From: Octopus vulgaris
Taxonomy: Eukaryota
Reading direction: 5' to 3'
Assembly: GCA_951406725.2 (NCBI GenBank)
Contig: OX597820.1
Location: 22,010,001 to 22,074,000 of the forward strand
DNA length: 64,000 nucleotides
Below the pieces are notes generated by a model. It saw only the letters and a list, made by a program, of their open reading frames with translations. It made no database searches and was not told where the DNA came from. A program made the position numbers and the translations under genes. Positions 37,665 through 51,430 of this stretch are shown piece by piece; the stretch's first letter is position 1; each line of letters opens with the position of its first letter.

Positions 37665-39978
37665 GTTTAAATATTTGTTGTGCAAGAATTTTTATGTGAA
37701 GTCGTGTGTTGAAACAGATATTGTTATATTTCGGAATGGTCATATTGCCAGTTTAGCCAATAAAAACACGCACTATGTATTTGGTGTTACTTTGCTTCAG
37801 TGTTATTTATTTTTTACATTAATCTTAATCTTATTTCGGCCAGAGTTCTTTCGTCACACTCCTGTGACCGCATTAGTGGTCCTTTGTTTTCTTCTTTCTT
37901 ATTTGTGTCTCTTCTTACTAACCGTCAGCCATTTTGTATTTCTATTGTATGTTCTCATTTGCGCATGCTTATATCTCTATGTGCGTCTATGTTTATTTGG
38001 TGTGTGTATGTGGGGGGATGCCTGTAATATTTGTATCTTCTGTTTATATACGTTCATGTAATTTGTATTTTGTTTTTGTTGTTGTTGTTTTTGTTTATTC
38101 TTATTTTGTTCATGTGTTTACATCCACTTATTATTATCATTACATATGCTTGTATGTATGTATAACAACAATACTAGTAATAATAATAAATCGAATCGAA
38201 AAAAAAAAATATATATATATAAATATATATATAGTTATTTATTTCTATTTGTTTATTTATCTGTGTATTTATTATGTTTTCAGGATCCTCTATCGTCATA
38301 TGTTGTGGTGTGTGCTAGCGCTCCATTCTAGTTTTCTATTCAGGCTAGGTTTATTTTCTATTATGTGTGTAGCTTTTGTAATTTGTCTAATTGTTGCATC
38401 TGTTCTATGTGTGGACAATATTTTAATTTCTATGTTATTGATTGATCCCCCGTGTTCCTGTTCGGCGTGTTGGTACAGAATCGATGAGCTTTTACCTTCC
38501 TTGAGTTGTCTCCAATATTCATTTACCCGCTCTCCTATGCTTCTTGCCGTTTCCCCTACGTATGCCGTTGTCTTGTTACTGCATCGTCCCTCTATACATC
38601 TTATACTATAGACTACATTTCTGGCTTTACAGTTTGTTTGTGGGCTAAATCTACATACAGTACAGTACTTATCCGTACAGGGGGTTCTACTAAAAGGATA
38701 GGTTCTACCAATTATAGATTTGATAGGGTTGCCTGGCTTTTCAACAACCTTAATTCTTAGCTTAAGTTTGTCTAGGGTCCTTCTAAAGCGGTACGCCAGT
38801 TCACCTCCAGGGGTGGTGTCAACGAACATGACACTCTGGTATTTATGGCTATCATACCAAGAGTTGGCCTTCCCTATTTTCTTTTTTGTCCTTTCTATAG
38901 TGTTCCATGACTTGTTTCTATAGAGTGGGCAAATCCCATTCCTATCATTACATAATATATTATCAAATTTCTTCATGGCTCCTTTGTATACTCTGATCCT
39001 TTCTTTATGGCTGTAACCTGAGAACTGCGTGCGGTGAATGAAATATTGTATGTGTCTCTTTAACTCTGTGGTCTCGCACATGCGTGACACATTTCTCATT
39101 ATTCTGACGAGGTCTGCCATCAAAATATTGAATTTGGCATTGTCCGCAATGGCTGAGTTCCGGTGGATCAAGTATTTTGAGGCCATAGGTTTGGCATAGT
39201 ATGAATGAAGGATTTGGGTTTTATTATTCACAATTTCTAGCCAGAATTCAGTGTCTAGTACTGGTAGTCTATTGTTGGGGTGTTTAGTGGGGTAGTCTAT
39301 TTTGACCTTAATACTCTGGTGGATGGAGTTAGCTATTTGCTGGATGCTCTCCATAGTATTAGTTTCTATTACTATATCAACATTACTCTCTTGTGGGGGT
39401 GCCTTTACCACTATGTTGATATCATCAACATAGCGAGAGTACATGTTTACGAGTATGGAGTTCTGTGTTAGGCGTTCTTTAAGCCTTCTGTCCCACCATA
39501 CCATGAAGAGGTTGGCCACATCACCAGCGATACTAACGCCGATGGCTGCGCCCTCGTCCTGGGCATATATTTTATTATTAAACTTAAACGTGTGGCCTTT
39601 TAGGGTAACTCTTATACTAGCTCCTAGTGCATGTGCGATCATTTTCTTTACCTGATGGACATTTGCTGGGCTCCGTATGGCTCTGGTCCCCCACATACAC
39701 ATACTAAATAAACATAGACGCACATAGAGATAAGCATGCGCAAATGAAAACATACAATAGAAATACAAAATGGCTGACGGTTAGTAAGGAGAGACACAAA
39801 TAAGAAAGAAGAAAACAAAGGACCACTAATGCGGTCACAGGAGTGTGACGAAAGAACTCTGGCCGAAATAAGATTAAGATTAATGTAAAAAATAAATAAC
39901 ACTGAAGCAAAATAACACCAAATATATAGTGCGTGTATTTTTATTGGCTAAACTGGCAATATGACCATTCCGAAAGAT

Positions 39979-39985
<7 letters not shown>
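37663..39985 (-). mobile_element. 5'-truncated Penelope-like element with inverted pLTR
   Basis: 37720-38017 is the reverse complement of 39688-39985; (TA)n on both sides. Confidence 0.9.
38296..39690 (-). CDS. PLE reverse transcriptase (C-terminal half) plus GIY-YIG endonuclease, open frame
   Basis: QDEGAAIGVSIAGDVAN, YSRYVDD, LPVLD, SGY, CxxxxCxxC, NVVYSIRC, YVGETAR; the first about 26 aa of ORF 38296..39768 come from the inverted pLTR. Confidence 0.9.
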   Translation of the reverse strand, partial: GTRAIRSPANVHQVKKMIAHALGASIRVTLKGHTFKFNNKIYAQDEGAAIGVSIAGDVANLFMVWWDRRLKERLTQNSILVNMYSRYVDDINIVVKAPPQESNVDIVIETNTMESIQQIANSIHQSIKVKIDYPTKHPNNRLPVLDTEFWLEIVNNKTQILHSYYAKPMASKYLIHRNSAIADNAKFNILMADLVRIMRNVSRMCETTELKRHIQYFIHRTQFSGYSHKERIRVYKGAMKKFDNILCNDRNGICPLYRNKSWNTIERTKKKIGKANSWYDSHKYQSVMFVDTTPGGELAYRFRRTLDKLKLRIKVVEKPGNPIKSIIGRTYPFSRTPCTDKYCTVCRFSPQTNCKARNVVYSIRCIEGRCSNKTTAYVGETARSIGERVNEYWRQLKEGKSSSILYQHAEQEHGGSINNIEIKILSTHRTDATIRQITKATHIIENKPSLNRKLEWSASTHHNI

Positions 39986-40036
<51 letters not shown>

Positions 40037-40444
40037 GTGTGTTTATATGCATGTACGTATATGTATGTATGTATAGATACACATACATACATACATTCTA
40101 CAAAACTTAGGAATTCCTGTAAAATGTCCTCCTCCAGAGGATGTGAAAATTATTCCTCGGATTTAAATTGAGCTACTTAATCCTACCCCTTATCCAGCTG
40201 CTTTGAGTAGTAATGTTGTACTCTCTTGTCAATTCCTAGTACTCGTTGCATTCAATTCAATTAGCCATTGCAAAGACGTAAAGTTGTCTTGTGTGTTCTT
40301 TCCTCTAAATTCGCAACATTGACGATCATATAAAGGTGACATGTGCATCGTATCGGTCTTCCTACGCTTGGCCCAGCAGAATATTGAGGATATTATAGCT
40401 TGGAGGAGAAATGGCTGTCTCAGCAGTCGGGTGATACTAGACTG

Positions 40445-40560
40445 AAGCAACAGGAAATCCCGTACCTTGTTGAAAGACAAAACACGATACTCAGCTCAGG
40501 AATCGAACCAACGTCCGTATGATCACGATCTCAACATCCTAACCTCTAGACCGGGAACCA
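40445..40560 (-). mobile_element. Old tRNA-SINE head
   Basis: Minus tctagaggttagg...ggttcgattcc A/B boxes followed by SINE-like sequence. Confidence 0.55.
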
Positions 40561-41857
40561 ACCTTCACATCAGAAAGAATCATTGTTGATAAAAGCTTAC
40601 CTATGTTCCAACAATGACATTACTTAATCTTTCGCACAAGCAGGTTAGCGAATGCTTTTTTTCGTTGAGCTCCGAAGAAACTACGATTCATCAATATTTT
40701 GAATTTTCGGCGTTATAAGAGATTTGGAATTTTCTAATTTAAAAAATTTTAATCAGGTAATATTTGCTTTCTTTCTTTCTTTTGTTTTTCTTATTAGCGA
40801 GGGACAAAAACACCGATATACACACCCACACCAAATAAATATAAATACGAACACACAAGTAGCTCTCTACCCTTTTTTTTTTCATCCAAAGGAGTTTTAA
40901 TCCAATGTTCTGTGAGTTGTTTGTTTATAGCTAAATTCACCTTCAAACACAAAGTTGATAAAGACATACTCCTCCACAATATACATTGTTGATGTATTCG
41001 TCTAGTGATAATTAATACGGTCAATATTTATAAACACAGTAAATAAATCAGAAGGAAACGAAAATATTGTCCCAGCAGCGGCTAGCAATATATCACCAGG
41101 TGCATTTCGGCCTTGTTAGGCCTAGTCAATGACATGTACTCACGACCAACCTGACGCCTCCGATATATGGGACTGTGAATGAGACTTTCACTAGTATTGC
41201 GAAAAGCCGGCCGGCTGGATAAAAGAGCTTGTATACGCATATGAAGTAGTATTAAATTAAATTAGTCATCTACGTATTATACTTAATAATTATATACATT
41301 GTTGATAGGCAAATTACTGTGGTATTCGCTCAGATATAACATCTATTATGGATATGATGTGTTTAAAAACACAAATATGTATCGGAAGAAAAGTCGTCGT
41401 AACAGCGGCTGGCGAGAACGCGATCGTGCATACTTCTTTAACGGAGTATCAGAAATTGACTCTTTCTGATAACCCTTTTACTGTGCAGACTTAGTGTCAT
41501 AGCCCCAAATAATTCAAAATTTACAGAAGCATTTGTTGAGCACTTTTGTTTTTTTATATATTTAGTTAGAGTGTATGCATGTCACAAATAAGTTAAGCAC
41601 TTCGAGGTAGGTTATCCGTAATTCTTTTCTAATACTCGTCTCTTTATAGCAGTTTTATATTTAAATCCCAAATGAGTGATGGATTTCTACAGCTGGTTAC
41701 AGAGGGGAATCAAAATTTGTACAAACTGCCTAATGAGAGTTTAAAGTTTTTGAAACAAAAACATTCCATAGCCGAATGCTTTCTACGAGGTAAGATCATC
41801 CATATTTTCTTTACATTGTGTATCATAATTCGATTCTTACCGTTTTTTACATTTTGT

Positions 41858-42676
<819 letters not shown>

Positions 42677-43503
42677 TGTCGATATATATATATACACACA
42701 TGTATACATATATATACATACATACACGCACGCACAATCACACAACCGTACACACACACACACACATGTTAGTGAATGATAATACTTCTGATGTAATGAG
42801 CATCGCAAATCTAATTAGAAACAGTTATATACTGAGAAATAAGCTTAACGGCTTTAATAATTTCGAAAAGTGTAGCGGACAATTCCTGACATGTTTAAGC
42901 CTTCTTAGACCTCTTCAGCGAAGCATGGGCTTTACTACATCTGATTAGTAGTATGAGCGAATCACTAAATGTGTGTATAGATACACACGCACGCAGTCAC
43001 ACATACACGCACACGCACACACACACACGCACGCACACACGCGCGCGCGCACACACACACACACAAAATATTGCACACGTTTATATGTTTATTTAAGCTA
43101 TCTCTAAATGTTTTGTAGCTTACATCTAGTTCATATCAACATTTTAAAACAGCCCCACTTCTACGGTAGCTGGACCCTAAGGTAGCTGTGTTATTTCAGC
43201 TATGTTTCTACGGAATGTCTTTTGTTAGAAATCAGAGCGCAGGCTACTTTACTATTCAGTAACCATAGTGAATTGAAACGATTTCGTTTACTTGCTCGGG
43301 ACAACCAATCGGCAGTCACCTTGACCAATGTACGTACTTATTAACATTGGTCAGAGCTGTGTGGCTATCACTTAGGTTTGACTGCTAGCCAGAGAGGTCA
43401 GCTGACCAACTACCCTGTCCGACTATCGAAGTGAGAAAATAACGCTTTTCTTGCCGTTGCAGTATGTGCTGTGTCTCTAGTTATTTGTTTTACTGTTTTA
43501 CAG

Positions 43504-43863
43504 CATGTTTCCGTCAGATTATTGACATCGATGAAGACAACGATTTTCCTTTACCATTAACCAGGAAATGTAGCAGTTGTCGCCGAAAGCTGGAAAAGGT
43601 AAGAAATGCAGAGATGTCTCGATCAGCACAAACACCAACCGCGAACACGGATAAAGCAGAAGCAACACAAAAAGATTGTACTAATACTTCAAACATTTCC
43701 GAATCGGATTCTACTATTTCCTCCATACACCGCAGAAACAATATTCCTGTAGAACAAGACAAATACCAGACAACGGACTTTACACCAAACATGATGAGGC
43801 AATTTCATCCACAAGCCCAGTCTTCGAAGTTTGCCGAAAATTTGCAAATGACAAGATCCGCTG
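43504..43863 (+). CDS. Candidate coding exon (CxxC motif plus S/T-rich linker)
   Basis: Acceptor ttttacag at 43503, donors AAG/gtaaga at 43598 or CTG/gtaaca at 43863; non-repetitive open frame; CCAAT boxes at about 43306-43350. Confidence 0.35.
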
Positions 43864-45283
43864 GTAACATGTATATATCAAGTGTTTGTATTGGTACAAC
43901 TTCAAACAATATTGCTATACAGAAAATTAAAAAAGAAAAACCAGCTAAATTTGTGATATCTATAAAAGAATCAGGTCTTAAATTTGTAAAGAGCTGTCAA
44001 AATTTTATCAAAAATCCCCATGAAAGAAATTCGTAAAATACACTTAATTAAAATTCACAGATTAGAGAAAACATGATGATTAACAATCATTGAATATTAC
44101 TATAAAGCTTCAGTCGAATATTTTACTGAAACCGGTGATAATCACTTTTTGAGAACTTTGTCATTTTTCCAAATGGTCTTGATGAAATCCTTCTGTTACC
44201 ATATTTCTGTTGAAATACACACTATATTTGTATCAGTTAATAATGAAGGATTTAGTAAAATAACTTTATCATTAAGCTGGTGTTTGGAAAAACAAATTAA
44301 TACATTTTTATGGAAGATTTGAATTTCGATCACTTTGAAACAGAATGCTTGCATCAAAGAACCAAGGGCAAATTGAAGATGTCTTCTACAAGCTGAAATG
44401 ATTCCACAAAAGAGTAACCAAGTCATCTTCGCATATTTTGCATTCTCAGAACCATTATACTACTAATTTGGAAATTGACTAAAACAAATCTTGTATTAGG
44501 AAGTTACGAAATGAAGAAATAACGAACTTAAATGGAATAACTGAAAGAAATGTTGGCTTTGGAGCGATTTATTTTCCGTATATAAAATACATTGCATGCA
44601 TCCAAATTAAAAACATATCGCATACACATGAAGATATATACTACAAGCCATAAAGGACAGAGGCATCATGGGTAAAAGTAACAAACTGATAATACATATA
44701 TTCTCAGAACGTTATATAGCATATGATATCAGCTTCTTCATTGATGATAAATGTTGATTTTTTTTTCCTGTGACGCAAGATCGCACTTTCAATAATGTAT
44801 TTACTACTAAAAGAAACACGCCAGGAATATTAAAGCAAAAACTGTAAATGCGACGGCGGTCATGTATAAAACTGCAAACCATTTTTATTTTTCAATAACT
44901 CCAGAAAGAAAACTGTGGATTTGTTACATTCGTATTTAGACACACAAGCATTTAACTATATATACTTAAGCACACATCTATATCTATATGTATATATACA
45001 TATATATATATAATTCCAACCCAACAGAGAGTAAATTCAATTTAGCACACTAAATCAAAAAGTCACAATATATTATATATATATATATATATATATAATT
45101 TAGAGATAAACCGCTATTTAACTATTCAATCAATACTGAAACGATATTATTTATAATAACCACATAGAAATTAATTAAATATATTATAATAGCGGTTTGT
45201 CTCTAAATACTATACAAGCACATATATTTTCATATGATTATGTAAACATATATGCGAATATATATATACGTGTAATATGTATG

Positions 45284-45342
<59 letters not shown>

Positions 45343-45343
45343 G

Positions 45344-45385
<42 letters not shown>

Positions 45386-45431
45386 TATATTATATATGCG
45401 TATATTTGCATGTATATATGTATATATACAA

Positions 45432-45464
<33 letters not shown>

Positions 45465-45508
45465 GACACTCACACACATGTATACGTATATATAATCGTG
45501 TATAACTG

Positions 45509-45540
<32 letters not shown>

Positions 45541-45974
45541 CAAATACGTACATGCATACACATTACTACATACATACATACATGCATACATGCATTCATG
45601 GATGCATTCATACAGGCATCCAGCCATCCGTACATACATACATACCTACACACATACATATTCTTTATTTGTTACGGATTGTTATATATATATTTCTTTT
45701 TATTTTTGTATATTGCTTCTTATCTATTGTTTTGTTGTTTTTTTTTTGTATCTTTTTTGTAAAAGTGCAAAATTGTTTCACTTTCTTTCATGTCTTCTCA
45801 AAAGTATGTCTATTTAAAAACATTGACGATGTTTTCCTGTTAATTTCAATGCGTCATAATTGTGTGAAATATACAGTTACAACAAAAACTTGTCGAACAA
45901 AAGATAATGGACATTTCTGCCTTATAAAGAACTCACTCCTATACATTTATCTACCAATCTGCCTATCCGCTTAA

Positions 45975-46010
<36 letters not shown>

Positions 46011-46054
46011 ACAAACCACACAAACCACAGCACACCACATCACGCATATATCTG

Positions 46055-46092
<38 letters not shown>

Positions 46093-46102
46093 GGGTGAGT
46101 GG

Positions 46103-46141
<39 letters not shown>

Positions 46142-46143
<2 letters not shown>

Positions 46144-46552
46144 CGCAGGAGTGGCTGTGTGGTAAGTAGCTTGCTAACCAACCACATGGTTCCGGGTTCA
46201 GTCCCACTGCGTGGCATCTTGGGCAAGTGTCTTCTGCTATAGCCCCGGGCCGACCAATGCCTTGTGAGTGGATTTGGTAGACGGAAACTGAAAGAAGCCT
46301 GTCGTATATATGTATATATATGTATATGTGTGTGTGTGTGTGTGTGTTTGTGTGTCTGTGTTTGTCCCCCTAGCATTGCTTGACAACCGATGCTGGTGTG
46401 TTTACGTCTGCGTAACTTAGCGGTTCGGCAAAAGAGACCGATAGAATAAGTACTGGGTTTACAAAGAATAAGTCCCGGGGTCGATTTGCTCGACTAAAAG
46501 GCGGTGCTCCAGCATGGCCGCAGTCAAATGACTGAAACAAGTAAAAAAAAAA
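46142..46552 (+). mobile_element. Full-length tRNA-derived SINE, family A
   Basis: Near-identical to 35962-36385; between (TA)n tracts. Confidence 0.9.
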
Positions 46553-46730
46553 ATGTATATATATATATATATATTTAAAGTCAGTGTGCTAAATTTTTCT
46601 TGAGAACAATTCTTAGTGGTTGGGACCCTTGTGATCTATCTCTAGCGTAAGAGCGTCCACATAGTGGATTCTCTCTCAAATTTGTGTATGTATGTACGTA
46701 TGTATATATATATACATATATATACACACA

Positions 46731-46826
<96 letters not shown>

Positions 46827-46902
46827 TATAAGTGTATGTATGTATATATATACATATATATATATATACACACACAAACACACACACACATATATATATA
46901 TA

Positions 46903-46933
<31 letters not shown>

Positions 46934-46991
46934 GTGTATGTATGTATTTATATATATACATATATATACATATATATATACACACACAAAA

Positions 46992-47040
<49 letters not shown>

Positions 47041-47090
47041 CAAATATATATTCATATTATTATGTAAATATATATGCATGTGTATGTATG

Positions 47091-47124
<34 letters not shown>

Positions 47125-47449
47125 TGTATGTATGTATGTATGTATGTATGTATATAAGTGTGTGTGTGTAATGTCAGCCACACTATTGATAGACAGAACT
47201 GTCCGGATCCCGTCATGCATACATACCATACATACATACATATATACATACACAAACGCACAAGCACATATGCACATTGGTAGGTGGCGCTCTATCCCTT
47301 GTTGTCTACGTAACATCCGGCCTTGTATTGAAAACCCCAAAAATATGCAGAACAAAGTAACTTTCTCATGCAACAAAATTGATGAAATACATAACGAACC
47401 CCAGTTGGAATCAATGCAACGAGCCACACCTTTGAAGGGTGTAAGCTTG

Positions 47450-47482
<33 letters not shown>

Positions 47483-47649
47483 GGTTATTTTTAGCAAGAT
47501 TAAAAATAACTGTTACTAATGAGATAATACTAAACCGAGTCAACGTGAACGGTCCGGTAGGTGCGCGCGAGTACATACACACACATATGCAAATGTAAAG
47601 AAAATCATTCGGAAAATATTTTGTTCGTATAATACATGAACAATACATA

Positions 47650-47790
47650 CGTAGGGATGGTGAAAAGTTCTTGGCTTTGGGGTAAAGGAAAACACAGGAG
47701 GACCAGTTAATTATGATTTTATTCAACATATTCCTCTTCTCAGAATCACATACTCACTGCAGTGGTACTCCAGTTTTTCTAATCCCTGTA
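47650..47790. mobile_element. Mariner-like terminal fragment
   Basis: tacgtagggatggtgaaaagttc TIR-like start. Confidence 0.4.
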
Positions 47791-47794
47791 TGAA

Positions 47795-48130
47795 TGATTG
47801 TAATTTAAACGCGATCTACACAGGGTCGACTTCTAAAAAAATAATAAATTACGGGTAGCTCGACATATGAATTCTTTTAAGAATAGAAATTTAATTAATT
47901 CTACTGGCCTTAGTAAATATATATGGGAACTAAAGCCTAAAAGTATTAAGTACAATTTAAATTGGGAGATAGTTCGTAAGGCAAAATCTTATCGAATCGG
48001 TAGTAATTTTTGTTTAATATGTAGTAATGAATTTAAGGAGATATTATTAACTGATAATAAAAAATTAATTAATTACTAGATGAACGAAAAATTAAATGTA
48101 GACAAAATTTTAATTATTTATATAATGAGT
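47795..48130 (+). mobile_element. Naiad-type GIY-YIG fragment
   Basis: HMNSFKNRNLINSTGLSKYIWELK...CLIC; homologous to 5465..5785. Confidence 0.8.
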
Positions 48131-49439
48131 TTAGCTAATTTGTGTATATATATAAACCCTATTTTATGTTACTAATTGTTGTAGTTATAATTTGTAATAG
48201 TAAGATGTGTATAAATTAGCACGAGATTATATAGTGTATATTACATAATTAGAATAAGATTAAACTAAGATATTTATAAAATAAATAAATTAATGAAAGT
48301 AGCTTAATTTATGTACATTGTGTATTTTACGTATTTTAGTCTTAAATTATTTAGACTTTAGAATTTTCCAGTTAATGGTATATTAAAGTTAATTTTTTTC
48401 CTTATTCTTACAGCTAAAATATATTTGTAATTTTAAGCGGCAAATATTTATAAGCGCCGAACTTAATAATACATATTTTCCAACAGGTATATTCATCCAC
48501 TGTTCTGTTAATTTGTTCGTAATGTAAAGACGAGTTAGTTTAACAGTATGAAAGGCGCGGTTGTTGCCCGCATGTAGTAGCGAGTAGACGCAAACATTTG
48601 GAAGAAAAACAGGGCTGCACCACTAGTGGTAACTCTACTTTATCCATCCTGATAAACTAACAACCCGGTGAAGTAAGATACCTTCTGCCAATTATTTGGT
48701 TATATTACATAGTTTATGGTCGCATCCCAAAGGCTCGCATTTCTCTTCAAGGCCCGAAAACGTTTAAAACCAAAAAATTGCTGATACTCAGCAAAGCTAG
48801 AGTGAGGCCCATTGCGAGCGGTGCTGCTGCTATGCACGCACAATTACCCTGGTTTGCAACCCAAGCATAAGTCATTTTACAAATACGCTTCAGCCGATGG
48901 CCTAAAGAGTCCTGTCTCCTCTCTGTTTTTTCTGCAGCTACTATAAAAGCATCTGTTCCACAAGTTCGGCTTGTATTGTACCTCCTCCATTCAGGCACAT
49001 CCGATCCACTCGACTCTTCTCCTCTCATCAACCTTCTTGTCTCTAAGCCTCGCAGGGATCAATGTCCTCAGAGTTTCTTCCTCAGAACATCGAACTTCTG
49101 GAAATCTTTCATACAGATGTTATATCTGCAATAATTTAAACGAAACATCTAGTTATTAATCTTACTGGTCCCGGAGGACCTGCAAACATATCGGCATTAC
49201 ACCTTCCTCCAGACCCAGCAAGTAAAAATGTTTTCTGATTAAAGCCTTATGTTTTAATTTATGTGTTCTATATTACACTTTTTTTCTTAATTATTCTGTT
49301 TCTATATATTTTTAACTGGTCTCTTTATATAAATGTTTTATATCTTCTACCTCTGCCTTCGTATTTAACGATTTTGCCGTGCCCCAAACGCCTGTTATCT
49401 CTTGTTTAACATTCATTTTTTTTTTTTTTTATGTTGAGA

Positions 49440-49623
49440 CCGTGAGGTCGCCGAGCAGAATGCTTAGCAGCATTTCGCCTGTCTTTATGTTCTGAGTTCA
49501 AATTCCGCCGAAGTCGACATTGACTGTCGTTACTTCGGGGTCGATAAACTAAGTACTAGTTGAGTATTAGGGTCTATGTAATCGACTTACCCCCTCCCCC
49601 GAACTTGGTATCCTTGTGCCAAA

Positions 49624-49625
<2 letters not shown>
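49440..49625 (+). mobile_element. SINE family B fragment
   Basis: gttctgagttcaaattccgcc B box and ggggtcgataaa core. Confidence 0.75.
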
Positions 49626-49662
<37 letters not shown>

Positions 49663-49785
49663 ATAATTTTTTTTTTTTTAATCATCATCATCATCATCAT
49701 ATTTTAAAAGGACTAAGATAACTCCTCAAGAAGGTAAATAGACAATACGAAGAGCGCGATGCGATTGCAATAGATATTTTATTGG

Positions 49786-49828
49786 TTGAACGATATTTCG
49801 ACAGCAAGTCTGTGTTTGTCGAGTTCAA
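49786..49828 (-). ncRNA. Variant hammerhead (UCGACAA core)
   Basis: uugaac UCGACAA acacagacuugcuguc GAAA ua UC guucaa; perfect 6-bp stem I. Confidence 0.65.
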
Positions 49829-51046
49829 AATGAAAAGTGATACATAGAAATTCAAAACTAAAGAAATTCAAATTCAAAATTTGAACGAGGTAACCATCGC
49901 TCCCACGTTGGTGGAATGACACCATCAGTCTTCAATTTTCAAGTTTACAACCGACAAAAAGAAACAGAAGGAAAAAAAGAGAAAAAAGAAAAGGAAAAAG
50001 AAGTATATTTAATGAAACAGTTTTGTGTAAATATGATGAACTCCTACCATTTATTCATCCTTCCAGGGCGTGATGTTAATAACTCACAAACATTTTTCCT
50101 CGTGCATTTTGAGCACTGAAAGTGTAGCAGATTCAGAATATTTTCTGAGAATATGCACTTTCAAGTCTTTATCCAAAATTGCAGCCGTTTGATGTAAAAT
50201 TTTCGGCAAGTTTTGTCGAACTACCCTTATTGTGAGTGACGTCATATCTGTGCCCGTTGAATCTTTTGTTTGATTGTTCTGTTGCACAACCAACATAAAT
50301 CGAGTTGTGTTTGATGCATTCTGCTGCGTACAACACCTTCCTAATAAATCATAACATTCCTGTTACGATTCCTAATGGAATCCATTTGACTCATGTTCTT
50401 GCACAATGAACGGGGATTATCTCTCTTGCGGCTGTTTTTCAAGGTACAGCGTGCAGAAACTCCAGTTTTCTAGGAGACAGAAGTAGAGGTTAATAGCTTC
50501 TTATATTTTTGTTCCGTCTAAAGGTTACAATAGGCGCCAAAGGAAACATATGTTTGAAACGAGGATATTTTTCCGCAATATGCCGGTAACTTTCATGTAA
50601 CAAGTTTGAAATGCCAGCGAAACTTCTGTTCCAGTTAATCACTAAAGGAATTCTGTCAAATATTGTACTTTGTTTACAAAAATTGTGCGTGAAGGTTTGA
50701 CTTACTTTGCTAATCTTAGCTATGTCATTTGCATTTTCCTTTTTTATCGTGATTCACTGTAACCGCGTTTGACATAATGGTGTACAAAAGCATGTGCATG
50801 TTTCCAGTAATCACCTATATCAATACAAATCCGTTGTATCCTCAAAAATTGGATGATTGGAGCGGTAGTGTAGGTAATTGTGGAATGACGTGAACCTGCA
50901 AAATAACTGTCACTATTCTGCCTCCAGGAAACATAACTTTTGTGTCCAAAAATTCAACACTAGTTTTTGAAAAACGGGACATAAATTTTAGGTTGGACTT
51001 AAAACCATAGATTTTAGATGCCTTGCAAACAACTTGCACATGCAAG

Positions 51047-51316
51047 TGCTACCAGTCAAAAACTCCGCATACCGGAAGCTAGCAAGCGTATGGGGTCATC
51101 AGGAGAGAATGCGCGCCGTTTCGGGGCCTACCTCTCGACGGCATCGATGCGCACCGCCCCCCTCCCTCACTGATATGAGACCCCGCTTGCTAGATCAGCT
51201 GGTTATTAAATAAAGCTCAATATTCTTCTAGCCATCGCACATCGTCTCTTTTTAACCAAATCCAGTGGCTAGCTTTCTTCTCCATTGTAGTTTGGATATC
51301 GGTCATGGTGGTAACA
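51047..51316 (+). mobile_element. Candidate solo LTR inserted in PLE RT
   Basis: TG...CA ends with imperfect 8-bp inverted repeat tgctacca/tggtaaca, AATAAA near 51209, interrupts the RT; no clear TSD. Confidence 0.45.
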
Positions 51317-51430
51317 GTCACAGAAATGTAAGAAGTCAGCTAAGTTATCCAGTGATCCTTCCCTGACAAAAAAGATGTCGTCAATGAACCGTATCCAGAG
51401 TATCAGTTCATGACCATGTACGAATTTGAA

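Noticed and set aside
37934-38611. 225-aa plus-strand ORF
   Set aside because: Antisense to the PLE endonuclease and its T-rich UTR
41085-41137. HHR-like fold with UUGACUA core (similar core at 21630-21675)
   Set aside because: Stem II and GAAA are present, but the 3-8 pair, stem III and stem I are broken; treated as decayed
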